DNA from: a virus
Lineage: Duplodnaviria > Caudoviricetes
IMG/VR virus record: IMGVR_UViG_3300012942_000078
Coordinates: 1 to 40,966 of that record
Reading direction: 5' to 3' (one strand)
DNA: 40,966 bases
Part shown: piece after piece, positions 28,350 through 37,172 of the stretch
Numbering within the stretch: position 1 is the stretch's first letter
Layout: every line of letters starts with the position of its first letter
Notes under the pieces: generated by a model
Databases searched by the model: none
The model's input: only the letters and a program-made list of their open reading frames with translations
Told to the model about the DNA's origin: nothing
Program-made: the position numbers and the translations under genes

Positions 28350-28832
28350 CTATGGACCGTCCGCTTCCGGCGGACGAAGGCTGTCAACATGCGTGCCGCA
28401 GTGGCAGCAAATCTTGGTGCTGGCGCTGACGTGACCGGGGCAGGAATCCTCTGTGTAGAGAAACTTCGCCGGCATGACGACCTTGAGGTCGATCTGATGG
28501 TCTGGGTGGTTGCGATCCCACAGCGCATACCAGTGATGGCCGAACAGCGTCGTTCCGCGATTACCCATCGTGACGCCGAGGTCATGGACAAGCTGCAGCA
28601 CCAGACTATCGGGATGCTTGAAGTCTTGTGGCTGGCGCCAGGGTACGGCCACTAGGTCAATATCGCGGACCAGCGAGCCGCCGACAAAAAGACCATAGCC
28701 GCGTGCCCGGAACACGCCCGTCGCGGTCCCGATGAATTGCAACGCCCACAACTTGCGGCGCGCGGCTTCGTCCGGACTGAACAGGTGCCCCTTCGGAATT
28801 TCCTTGTACTCAACTTCCGGTGATGGTCGCAT
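28350..28832 (-). CDS. Nucleotidyltransferase-like protein with C-terminal Cys cluster
   Basis: VGGSLVRDIDLVAVPW; CPGH...CCHCG. Confidence 0.6.
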   Translation of the reverse strand: MRPSPEVEYKEIPKGHLFSPDEAARRKLWALQFIGTATGVFRARGYGLFVGGSLVRDIDLVAVPWRQPQDFKHPDSLVLQLVHDLGVTMGNRGTTLFGHHWYALWDRNHPDHQIDLKVVMPAKFLYTEDSCPGHVSASTKICCHCGTHVDSLRPPEADGP

Positions 28833-28843
28833 CGGTGGCTCCT

Positions 28844-29437
28844 CTATCTCTGTTTCTTGCGCATGAGCGGGTTGGTCCGCGCATACACGGTGCTGGGTTT
28901 GATCTTCAGATGCGGAAAACAGCGCACGATTTCCTCGGCCGTCATCTTCTTGCGGCGCATCGCCGCCATCGTGCGCGCATCGGCGGCCGAGACCTTGGGC
29001 TTGCGGCCCAGCCACATGCCCTTGCGCCGGCACTCATCCATGCCGCGCTTCGTACGTACAATGATCTGGTCGCGTTCGAACTCGGCCATGGCGCCGGTTA
29101 TGGCCAGCATCAGCTTGCCGCTGGGCGTGGTGTTATCCAGGTGCGGCTCGGTCAGGCTGCGCCATTCCACGCCCTCGGTCGCCAGATCGCGCAGGATGCC
29201 TAGTATCTGGGGAAGTTCGCGGCCCATGCGCGAGAGCGAATGAAACAACAGCGTGTCGCCGCATTCGAGAAACTTCATCATCAGCGCGAACATGGGCCGC
29301 TTGGCGTTCACGGCGCTGATTTTCTCGACGAAGAGGTTGCTGACACCGGCCGCTTTCAGCGCGGTCAACTGCACATCAAGGCTCTGATCCTCGGTGGAGA
29401 CGCGGGCATAGCCGATGGTCCGCGCCGTCGCAGGCAT
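28844..29437 (-). CDS. Serine resolvase/invertase
   Basis: IGYARVSTEDQ, EKISA, GD.L, MAEFER...RTKRG, GRKP, C-terminal HTH. Confidence 0.92.
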   Translation of the reverse strand: MPATARTIGYARVSTEDQSLDVQLTALKAAGVSNLFVEKISAVNAKRPMFALMMKFLECGDTLLFHSLSRMGRELPQILGILRDLATEGVEWRSLTEPHLDNTTPSGKLMLAITGAMAEFERDQIIVRTKRGMDECRRKGMWLGRKPKVSAADARTMAAMRRKKMTAEEIVRCFPHLKIKPSTVYARTNPLMRKKQR

Positions 29438-29514
29438 GGCGGCACCGCCTTTCAGCAGCGGCGCTGACGCCACTTTCCCGGAATGGGAACGCACCACCTT
29501 TTTGTGAATCCCCC

Positions 29515-30051
29515 TCATGGCACCGTTCCATAATAGTGGCGGCGAAGGGTGGATTCGCTGATCCTGCCGCCGAAGATGCGCACCGCCGTCTCCCACGAAA
29601 TCTCGGGATCATTGGCGATGTTGCGGATTACCCAGTCGGCGGCGATCTCGGCGCGGCCCTGCTCGGCGGCTTGGCCTTTGGCGCGACCGCCTTCACGGCC
29701 CCGCCGCCGCGCCATCTTGCGGTCGCCGAAGCGCGTGCGGCCGATCAGCACCGCCGCCCGTTGCAGCATCTCGGAGACGGTTTCATCCTGCGGGTGGATC
29801 ACGTCCACCACACGGATGCGGATACGCTCCAGCCCGGCCATCACCTGAGCGACGGCGGCGCGGGCCTGGCCGAAGACCCGCAGATCGGGCGCGACCAGCA
29901 GCTTGCCGGGACGCCCCCGGAAGGTATCCAGACAACGGCCCAGCGTTTCCGCGCCGCGACCATCGATATAGATGGCCTTGTCCGTCAGGCCATAGGCCTG
30001 CAAGGCGGGCAGATACTGCCGGTTCCGAATAAAGCCGCGCACGATGGTCAC
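29515..30051 (-). CDS. Degenerate resolvase-like protein with C-terminal HTH
   Basis: GTGA-coupled to ParB; RGFIR, LLVAPDLRVFG, ISESTLRRHY. Confidence 0.6.
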   Translation of the reverse strand: MTIVRGFIRNRQYLPALQAYGLTDKAIYIDGRGAETLGRCLDTFRGRPGKLLVAPDLRVFGQARAAVAQVMAGLERIRIRVVDVIHPQDETVSEMLQRAAVLIGRTRFGDRKMARRRGREGGRAKGQAAEQGRAEIAADWVIRNIANDPEISWETAVRIFGGRISESTLRRHYYGTVP

Positions 30052-31925
30052 TTCTTTTTCCGCTTTGGCGCGGGTTTCTTGACGGCCTTGACCTTCTTCG
30101 CGCCGGGGCCGGTGTAGCCGGCGGGCCGCAATTCGCCCGGCAGCCATTTGGCCGGCGGGCAATTCTCGCGGGCATAGGCGACCAGGTCGGCTTTGGCGCT
30201 GTCCTCGCTGAAATCGCCCTCGGCCTTGCCGAACACGTCGATGATGGCCGAAAGCGCCATGGCCTTCGGGGCGCGGTCGAAATAGGCACCGGCGTCGAAG
30301 CGCTTGTGAATCAGCGGCACCATCACCTTGGGATCGACGGCATCGACCAGCGCCGCCACATCGCCGTCCGTCATCGCATGGCGCTCGGCGTTGAAAGCGT
30401 CGAACTTGAGGGATGCCGCCACCACCTGGGCGAACAAGGCCTCGCGCTGCTGCGGCTTCATCTTCAGGAACAGCGAGAGGTTCTTGGCGAAACCCTCGGC
30501 GCTGGACAGTTTCAGCGTATTGACGCCCATGCCGAAATGGCGAAGCCGCACCGGCAACCCGTCGCTGTTGACGGCGAAGGCAGCCAGTGCCGCCGCCATG
30601 GCCAGATTGAAATTGCCCGCCAGCGCCATGGCCGCCGCCTCGGTCAGCGTCACCGCCAGGTCGGAGGCCTGGGCGTTGGAAATCCGGGGTGCCGGCGCCG
30701 CTTCCGGCTCCTGCGCCGTGCCGCCGTCCTTTGCCGATCCCTTGGCGGCCGGCAGCGCTGCCGCCTCTTCCTTTTCTTCCGGCGGAATGATGACACCCGC
30801 CGCGATGCCAAGGCGGCCTTCCCGCGTGATGAAGACCACACAACCGCTCTTGGCCTTCTGGCGCGGGGTAAAGGCCCGCAGCGCGGCGGCTTCATGGATG
30901 CCGTCGCGCTCGCTGGTCAGCGTATATAAGGTGTCATCGTCCAATTCTTCCTGGTCCAGCCGCTGCGCGATCGCCGCCAGCCGCGCCTTCTCGGCCACGG
31001 TAAGGTCGGCCTTGGGTTCCGAACGGCCATAATGGCGCCAGGCGGCGGGCATGGCGTCGGCGGGCTTGGCCCAGGACCAGCCTTCCAGGCTGGTCAGCCG
31101 CAGGGCTTCGGCCTCCAGTTTCTCCGTCGCCATCATCGCCGCCAGTGCGGCATCGGAAACGCCATGAATGCCGTTGAACAGGTCTTCATGGATGACGCCG
31201 CCGCGCGCGCGATAGGCGTCCAGCCCGACAAACTCCACAAAGCGCGCGCCATCGCCCTGATCGGGCACCAGGGCGGCGCGTACCGCGGCGGGGTAAAGAT
31301 TGTTGGACTTGCGCAGGCGCTGAAAAAGCTTGAACTGATCCTTCTTATCGATCAGGCGGGTGAATTCCTGCACCGTATCCTGTCCGATTGCCTCCCCGCG
31401 CCAGGCCTTCAGGATGTCGGGGTGGATCGCGCCCAGGGCGATGCGCTGGCGCACCACCCGCTTGTCGATGCCGTAATGGGCGGCGATGGCCGCTTCGTCC
31501 ATGCCACCGCTGCGCAATTCGGCGAAGGCCTCGAACTGGTCGATGGGATGCAGCGGCAGGCGGTTCAATTGCTCCGTCAGCGATTCGTGCAGCGCCTCCT
31601 GCGGCGTCAGGTTATCAATCAGGAAGACTGGCACTGTCTCCCGCGCGCCGGCGCGGTCGCGCAAATTCATCTGGCTGGCCAGCAGGCGCCGCTCGCCCAC
31701 ATGCACCCAGTAATCGCCGCCGCCATCCTCGACCGGGAAGGCGCGCAAGGGCTGCAACACGCCCTGGTCATGGATCGACTGCTGCAATTCGGGCAGCGAG
31801 ATTTCATGCCCGCTCTTGCGCGGGTTGGCGGCGAACAGCGGATGCTGGTGGCCGGGCCGCAGCCTTGCGATCGGAAACGCTTCGTCGAAGACGGCAAGAT
31901 GCTGCGCCATGTCAGGCTGCTCCAT
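30048..31925 (-). CDS. Large ParB/Spo0J-family protein
   Basis: NPRK, L..SI...GVLQPL, GERRLLA, LHPIDQFEAF, HTH. Confidence 0.88.
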   Translation of the reverse strand: MEQPDMAQHLAVFDEAFPIARLRPGHQHPLFAANPRKSGHEISLPELQQSIHDQGVLQPLRAFPVEDGGGDYWVHVGERRLLASQMNLRDRAGARETVPVFLIDNLTPQEALHESLTEQLNRLPLHPIDQFEAFAELRSGGMDEAAIAAHYGIDKRVVRQRIALGAIHPDILKAWRGEAIGQDTVQEFTRLIDKKDQFKLFQRLRKSNNLYPAAVRAALVPDQGDGARFVEFVGLDAYRARGGVIHEDLFNGIHGVSDAALAAMMATEKLEAEALRLTSLEGWSWAKPADAMPAAWRHYGRSEPKADLTVAEKARLAAIAQRLDQEELDDDTLYTLTSERDGIHEAAALRAFTPRQKAKSGCVVFITREGRLGIAAGVIIPPEEKEEAAALPAAKGSAKDGGTAQEPEAAPAPRISNAQASDLAVTLTEAAAMALAGNFNLAMAAALAAFAVNSDGLPVRLRHFGMGVNTLKLSSAEGFAKNLSLFLKMKPQQREALFAQVVAASLKFDAFNAERHAMTDGDVAALVDAVDPKVMVPLIHKRFDAGAYFDRAPKAMALSAIIDVFGKAEGDFSEDSAKADLVAYARENCPPAKWLPGELRPAGYTGPGAKKVKAVKKPAPKRKKK

Positions 31926-32592
31926 GGGGGTTGAGGGTGGGCAGGAACCGCCTGTCGGGTTCCTTGACGATCAGGGGCGAGCCGCTGTGACCGGCTTCCC
32001 AGATGAAAATGGCATAGTCGGTGACGCCGCCTTTCAGCTTCGGCCCGGCATAGCCGTCGCGGTGCATCATCTTCCATCGCGATTTGGGGATGATCACGCG
32101 CGCCAGCGGAATGCGGGTCTGCTGCCAGATCGGCGCGCCCTTGCGGATGTCGCCAGCGCCGGTGTCGTCGATCAGGTGTTGCGGCGCCAGATAGCGCAGC
32201 CGCAGGATCATGGCGACGTAATCGTAATTGGCGCAGGCTTTCAGGATGAAGGCGTCGGCCCGGTCGAACGGCGGGTTGGTGAAGCAGGCGATGCGGCGGC
32301 GCTGCGCCTCGCTCTTGGTGCCGAAGTCCGGCGCCAGGAAGTCCTGCACATGACTGTCGGGACAGCCGCGGTCGATCAAATCGCTGGCGATGACCTTGAA
32401 GCCGGCATCGCGCAGCGGGATCACCAGGGCGCCGTCGCCGCAGGCCGGTTCGAAGATGAAATCGAAGCGCTTCAGCCGCCCGCCCTCGACCGCCAGAAGG
32501 CAGGGCACGGCTTCATCGCCGCTGCGATGGAAGTTCTGCGGATGGGCATTGGCGCGGTCGCGCCGTTCATTCTCGACACTGTGGAAGTTCAT
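31912..32592 (-). CDS. Adenine-type DNA methyltransferase (NPPF)
   Basis: EPACGDG, ASDLIDRG, DFL, TNPPF. Confidence 0.82.
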   Translation of the reverse strand: MNFHSVENERRDRANAHPQNFHRSGDEAVPCLLAVEGGRLKRFDFIFEPACGDGALVIPLRDAGFKVIASDLIDRGCPDSHVQDFLAPDFGTKSEAQRRRIACFTNPPFDRADAFILKACANYDYVAMILRLRYLAPQHLIDDTGAGDIRKGAPIWQQTRIPLARVIIPKSRWKMMHRDGYAGPKLKGGVTDYAIFIWEAGHSGSPLIVKEPDRRFLPTLNPHGAA

Positions 32593-32596
32593 CGGG

Positions 32597-33124
32597 CTAA
32601 CCCCACATCCTGGCGAAGAAGGCTTCGGCGGTGCGCTGCCTTTCCGGCTTGGCGGGGTCCGCCTGCGGGCGCGGCTTCGCCACCGCGCGTGCCATGTGGT
32701 GCGCGCAATAGGGTTGACCGCTCAACGGCGGGTGCCCGCAATAATGGAAATCCGGGTTTCCCACATCGCCGTGCGGCCAGCGGCAATGACAGACCTTCAG
32801 GTCCATGGTGCCTATGCGCGCGCCGTCCGGCAGGCGAAGCGCCTCCAACTCCGGCACGGACGCCACAACGGCCTGCCGCTTTGGCTTCACGCTGATCTGC
32901 CGATTCCTGATCAGGCTTCGCGGCTGCCCGGGAACGCCATACCGCTTGCCGTCATTGGACTGCTTCGGCATGCCGCGACCGCCAAGGTCCAGACGATTCA
33001 GCTTGCCCAGGACGGCGCTGCGTGACCGCCCTCCAAGCCTGTGCGCGATTTGCGCGGCTGAAAGACCTTCCTTCCACCAGCGCGTCAGCGCCGCGATCTC
33101 TTTTTCGCTCCACCCTTCCCTCAT
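32597..33124 (-). CDS. gcrA: GcrA-family regulator (phage homolog)
   Basis: W..GLSAAQIA..LGG.SRSAVLGKLNRL; CRWP.GD...FHYCG...PYCAHH. Confidence 0.88.
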   Translation of the reverse strand: MREGWSEKEIAALTRWWKEGLSAAQIAHRLGGRSRSAVLGKLNRLDLGGRGMPKQSNDGKRYGVPGQPRSLIRNRQISVKPKRQAVVASVPELEALRLPDGARIGTMDLKVCHCRWPHGDVGNPDFHYCGHPPLSGQPYCAHHMARAVAKPRPQADPAKPERQRTAEAFFARMWG

Positions 33125-33396
33125 CACCGCGCCCCCATCAGCGCCGCCAGGGGCGGGCGCAGTTCGGTGGGCCAGCTTGCGCCGGCGGCGGCGATTGGCG
33201 GCGCGAAGCGTTCGCCCGGCCAGGCCAGCAGCCTGCCCCGCCGCACCAGGGCGTCCAGGCAGATACGCACGATGCTGCGGTCCAGCCGCGTGGCGGCGAT
33301 GATCTGCTGGATCTGAAAATTGCCCTTGGCGGAACACAGGGCCTGGGCGGCGCTTTCGACGCTGGTCAGGTGACCGCTCTCAACCCTTGCCTGCAT
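33124..33396 (-). CDS. Small winged-helix protein
   Basis: IIAATRLDRSIVRICLDALVRRG. Confidence 0.6.
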   Translation of the reverse strand: MQARVESGHLTSVESAAQALCSAKGNFQIQQIIAATRLDRSIVRICLDALVRRGRLLAWPGERFAPPIAAAGASWPTELRPPLAALMGAR

Positions 33397-33441
33397 TGCT
33401 CAAACCCCTTCGACAAACCGCCCGCTACGCCCTTCTTCCGA

Positions 33442-33768
33442 TCAGGCCCGTCGTCGCCGCTCGCCCAACTTTTCCTCGCTGGTGACGATGAACCCGCTTT
33501 GCAGGACCTCGGCGCAGGCACGCAGGTCGCGCGCCGCCACGAACCAGTCATCCGGCGCCATGGTCGGCAGGTGGCGCAGGATGGCGCGGCCCTGCTCCGC
33601 CACCTTGGCCTTGCCGCCATGCGCCTTCTCGATGCGCGTCTCGGGGATGCGGTCGGCCTCGCGCGCGGCGATGGCCCGCGCCGCCGGCACGGCGATGCCG
33701 TGCGCGGCCACGCGGAACGCCAGCACCAGGCGGGCGAGAGGATCGGGGCGGGGGCGGCGATATCCCAT
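33442..33768 (-). CDS. Hypothetical protein
   Basis: Coupled operon gene. Confidence 0.6.
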   Translation of the reverse strand: MGYRRPRPDPLARLVLAFRVAAHGIAVPAARAIAAREADRIPETRIEKAHGGKAKVAEQGRAILRHLPTMAPDDWFVAARDLRACAEVLQSGFIVTSEEKLGERRRRA

Positions 33769-34094
33769 CAGCCGCCCCCCAGCATCAGGTTGCGGATGGT
33801 GGTTTCGATACGGCTGGCCAGCAGCTTTTCCGCTTCCCGCAATCCCTCAAGCTGGATCAGCGCGGCGTCCGTGTGGCCCCCATCCAGCAATTTGTCGATG
33901 GCGTCCTGGGCGGTGATGAAATGCTCGGACATGGCGCGGCGCACCAGCAGCGCCCGCGCCGCCGCGGCGACGGGAAAAGGGTGCGCCGGGCGGGCGGGCG
34001 AAGAAACGCCCGCGTCACCGGATGCTGCAGCACCGGCCCCTTCGACAGAGGGGAATTGCCGGGCGCCCGGCGCGTAAGGGACGGAGACTTTCAT
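33768..34094 (-). CDS. Hypothetical protein
   Basis: ATGA-coupled to the CII-like gene. Confidence 0.6.
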   Translation of the reverse strand: MKVSVPYAPGARQFPSVEGAGAAASGDAGVSSPARPAHPFPVAAAARALLVRRAMSEHFITAQDAIDKLLDGGHTDAALIQLEGLREAEKLLASRIETTIRNLMLGGG

Positions 34095-34639
34095 GCGTCC
34101 ACCCCGTCCATCAGGCGCGCGCGCAACCCGACCAGGGTGGCGGTGTGGGCATCGGTGCGGCGCAGAAGGTCGGCGCGCTCGGCATCGCTCAGCTTGCCGT
34201 CGGCCAAGGCCCGCATCAGTTCGGCAACCAGCGCGCCCATGGTCACGGCGATGTCGCCGCCGATATCGGCCAGGGCTTCGCCCTCGGCCAGCGTGCCGGG
34301 GGTGAGGAAGACGCCGCCGGCCAGATGCGCGAAGTCGCAGGCGAAGGCCGTCACCGCCTTGATCTCTGTCAGGCGGCGCGCGCGATCCAGCGAAAGGTCG
34401 CTGCCGCGCGCTTCGGGGTCGGTGAAGCCATAGACCTGCGATGGTCCCAGGTCAAAGATCACGCCGACCATCTTGGCGCCGCCGGCCTCGGCGAAGGCAT
34501 CGGCCACCACCTGCTTGGTGCTGCCATAGATGCGCGGCTTGATCGCCCGCATCGCCGCCGGAACCGGCGCCCGGCGTTCCGGTATCGCCCGCCCGCCGCG
34601 ACCGCCATTGTGCCGGCCATGAACAGGACGCTTCGCCAT
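34091..34639 (-). CDS. CII-like phage regulatory protein
   Basis: Follows cro; AGG..., ALADGKLSDAER C-terminus. Confidence 0.7.
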   Translation of the reverse strand: MAKRPVHGRHNGGRGGRAIPERRAPVPAAMRAIKPRIYGSTKQVVADAFAEAGGAKMVGVIFDLGPSQVYGFTDPEARGSDLSLDRARRLTEIKAVTAFACDFAHLAGGVFLTPGTLAEGEALADIGGDIAVTMGALVAELMRALADGKLSDAERADLLRRTDAHTATLVGLRARLMDGVDA

Positions 34640-34905
34640 CAACGCCCCCCGGCATGGGCGCGGCGGCGGCGCGGAACATCGCGCGCTATGGCGGGCGGCG
34701 CTGCGCCATTGTCGTTGCCGGCGGATGCCAGCCCGTCCACCGCCCGCTCCAGCGCGGCCAGGGTGCGGCGGGTGGGATTCCATCCTGGCGTCCCCGCGCC
34801 CGAAAGGTTCGACCGCTGGATTCCGGCGAGCGCCGCCAGCCCCCGCTTGGAGATTTTCTTCAGCGCCGCTTCGACGCGGGCAACGGACGATTCGATGGCC
34901 AGCAT
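34639..34905 (-). CDS. Cro-like HTH protein
   Basis: ISKRGLAALAGIQRSNL..WNPTRRTL; divergent from the repressor; near-leaderless after its promoter. Confidence 0.75.
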   Translation of the reverse strand: MLAIESSVARVEAALKKISKRGLAALAGIQRSNLSGAGTPGWNPTRRTLAALERAVDGLASAGNDNGAAPPAIARDVPRRRRAHAGGR

Positions 34906-34916
34906 GGGCGGACCAT

Positions 34917-34940
34917 TGGACGATATAACGTCCATGTCAA
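34917..34940 (-). promoter_or_regulatory. Leftward lytic promoter-operator
   Basis: TTGACA + TGGACG-N6-CGTCCA inverted repeat; identical copy at 36997-37020. Confidence 0.8.
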
Positions 34941-34972
34941 CTGCCGCCGCGAAATTATGCCTCGGCGGCTAT

Positions 34973-34986
34973 GGCAATATATTGCC
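34973..34986. promoter_or_regulatory. 14-bp palindrome upstream of the repressor
   Basis: GGCAATATATTGCC. Confidence 0.45.
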
Positions 34987-35007
34987 CGCTACGGAAGTTT
35001 CCGGCGC

Positions 35008-35628
35008 ATGAACGATGACGACCTCCGCGCAGCTCTTCGGGCGTTTATGGCCCGGAAGAAGATCAAATCACTAAGTGCATGGTCCACGGCCGCAGGAAAA
35101 AACAGGCACTTTGTCGAGCAATATCTTAACGGCAGTGCCAAAAACATTTCCTTCAGCGCGGTCGCGGATTTGGCCGCGGCGCAGGACGGCACCATTTTCG
35201 ATATTCTTGGAATGAAATCACGCCCGCCTAGCGGCATGGTGCAGATCCCGTTCCTGGCCATCACCGTCGAACTGGGCGGGCGCATCGTGACGGGGGCAGA
35301 TAAAGGCCGGCCGCCAATGCTGATGCCCCGCTCCTGGCTGGAACGTCATGCCTTCGGCGAGGCCGGGCGGCTGTTCATGTGGCAGATGAAGGTGGCCTAT
35401 GACGAAGGCCATGCCGGCGACCTGATCGCCATCGATCTGCGCACCGTCAACCCGCGCCGCATGCCCGGCTATTATGCCATCGCCAATGACGGCACCGTGA
35501 TGGTGCGCAAGATTCAGCCCCTGGCCGGCGATACCCTGCGCATCATGGCCGAAGGCGCGCCTTTCGATACATCCTCGGCCCAGGTGAATATCATCGGTCG
35601 CGCCGTCTGGCGCGGAGGTGACATTTAG
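35008..35628 (+). CDS. CI-like repressor (HTH + degenerate S24 domain)
   Basis: N-terminal HTH; GDLIAID, GYYAI, IIGRAVW S24 fold. Confidence 0.82.
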   Translation: MNDDDLRAALRAFMARKKIKSLSAWSTAAGKNRHFVEQYLNGSAKNISFSAVADLAAAQDGTIFDILGMKSRPPSGMVQIPFLAITVELGGRIVTGADKGRPPMLMPRSWLERHAFGEAGRLFMWQMKVAYDEGHAGDLIAIDLRTVNPRRMPGYYAIANDGTVMVRKIQPLAGDTLRIMAEGAPFDTSSAQVNIIGRAVWRGGDI

Positions 35629-35634
35629 CAGTGA

Positions 35635-35901
35635 CTAACGCATTGCCCGGCCGATGGCTTCATAACTGCCTTTGCACGTCGCGAAACCGTCATCCCAGCC
35701 TTGCTTGTAGATTTCGTCCTTGCCGTAGCGCAGAACATCTTTCGTAAATTTATAATATGGATTTCCCGCAGCGACTTTGCCCGAGTTACATCCACCGGCA
35801 TACCCTTCTCGATAGGCGGGCGGCCCTGCGGGAGCCTGATTGGCATTAATCGCGCAACCTCCCAAGATGGCTAAAAACAGCATCAGCACAAAAGGCTTCA
35901 T
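35635..35901 (-). CDS. Small lipoprotein
   Basis: MKPFVLMLFLAILGGC lipobox; repeated Y..G[YW]..G..[ST]. Confidence 0.8.
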   Translation of the reverse strand: MKPFVLMLFLAILGGCAINANQAPAGPPAYREGYAGGCNSGKVAAGNPYYKFTKDVLRYGKDEIYKQGWDDGFATCKGSYEAIGRAMR

Positions 35902-36383
35902 CCTCCCTCCACAGTATGGCCAGACGATTCCTGAACTTCTAATTGGCGATGCATTACGGCGGAAAGACTGTTTCCCGGTGGCGCCAGCACCAACACTTTC
36001 AGATCAAGATAATCATCATTTTCATAGATGGAATATAATTCTGCTGCGATAGCGATATTTCTGCTGATAAAATTTTCGTGGACGAAGGAAGCGATGGAGG
36101 CGCCCAGATATCCGATGTGCCATTTGCGCTGCCATAACCAAACCAGGACCCTTCCCTCAATAACGCCATCAACGGCAATTGCATTCGGATCCACCGGATT
36201 ATTCGGCTCGGGCCGCAATTCAACACCATAGCGGCGGTTGCCTCTCTCCGCGCTTTCCGCCGCTCGGCAGAAGCGGCGTACGCGCCTCTTTCTATGTTGG
36301 ACACCCATAACAGGAATCGTTGTTGAGGCGATGACCCAATCGCCGGGCGGTCGATACCGGTCAAGGCAATATTTCCGGCCCAT
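35898..36383 (-). CDS. HIRAN-domain protein
   Basis: VMGVQHR, LRPEPNNPVDPNAIAV, HIGYL. Confidence 0.8.
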   Translation of the reverse strand: MGRKYCLDRYRPPGDWVIASTTIPVMGVQHRKRRVRRFCRAAESAERGNRRYGVELRPEPNNPVDPNAIAVDGVIEGRVLVWLWQRKWHIGYLGASIASFVHENFISRNIAIAAELYSIYENDDYLDLKVLVLAPPGNSLSAVMHRQLEVQESSGHTVEGG

Positions 36384-36400
36384 CCCTCCCCCTGTTTTCC

Positions 36401-36907
36401 TCAGAACCGGAACGCCAGCCCCGTCGTGACGATATCGACATCGTTCCAGGCGCTCTGGCGATGATAGCTGGCGCGCAGATCGATGCGTTTGGTCAGCCGC
36501 AGCTCAAAGCCGCCGCCGGCGCGCCAGCCGGCGCGGCTGACGCTGATCGTGCCGAGACTTCCCGCATCGGCGCTTTCAGTGGCATAGCCGCTGCCGCCCG
36601 ACACGAATAGCGAGAAGCGCCGCCCCAGCGGCAGGAACGTCAGCGCATCGACATAGGCGTTGTTGACCGTCACCCCGCTGACACTGGAAAGGGAATCGCC
36701 GATCTCCAGGCCGAAGTAACGGCTGGGCCGCCATCCGGCGGCCACATTCCCACCGTTCAGGATGATCCCGGAGGATGAGGCGTGCGCGTAATCGACCGCG
36801 CCATACCACCAGCGCGCGGCATAGGGATCGCGCTGAACCTGCGCCGCCGCCGGTACCGTCGCCACAAGCAAAAACACCGCGCCGAAGCGCCAGCCGCGTA
36901 GCCCCAT
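36401..36907 (-). CDS. Outer-membrane beta-barrel (OmpA/Ail/Lom-like)
   Basis: Signal peptide, YFGLEIG, AGGGFEL, C-terminal GLAFRF. Confidence 0.82.
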   Translation of the reverse strand: MGLRGWRFGAVFLLVATVPAAAQVQRDPYAARWWYGAVDYAHASSSGIILNGGNVAAGWRPSRYFGLEIGDSLSSVSGVTVNNAYVDALTFLPLGRRFSLFVSGGSGYATESADAGSLGTISVSRAGWRAGGGFELRLTKRIDLRASYHRQSAWNDVDIVTTGLAFRF

Positions 36908-36996
36908 TGCGCAATTTCCCCCCGGAAACCCGTCCCAATTCCGCACACTGACGCGCAAGTTGCAAGGGTTCCGGTCAGGAGCGCCCTGTCGGCAAC

Positions 36997-37026
36997 TTGA
37001 CATGGACGTTATATCGTCCATATATC
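36997..37026 (+). promoter_or_regulatory. Rightward early promoter-operator
   Basis: TTGACATGGACGTTATATCGTCCA then TATATC. Confidence 0.8.
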
Positions 37027-37055
37027 GCTCCGACTGATCGGAGGTTACGGGCGCC

Positions 37056-37172
37056 ATGTCCGGCCCTCCATCACCGCGGAGGGCTGGCGTCATGGACCTG
37101 GTTGTCATCGGAGTTTTGGCCTTCCTGGCCGATATCGTCGGCGATATCGCCGCCATGCCGGTGCCGGCATGA
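37056..37172 (+). CDS. 38-aa hydrophobic peptide (not in the ORF track)
   Basis: GGAGG upstream; VMDLVVIGVLAFLA; ATGA-coupled to the next gene. Confidence 0.45.
   Translation: MSGPPSPRRAGVMDLVVIGVLAFLADIVGDIAAMPVPA

Noticed and set aside
28844-29437. Tail-fibre shufflon invertase or Tn3-type transposon
   Set aside because: No inverted alternative fibre cassette, transposase or terminal repeats were seen
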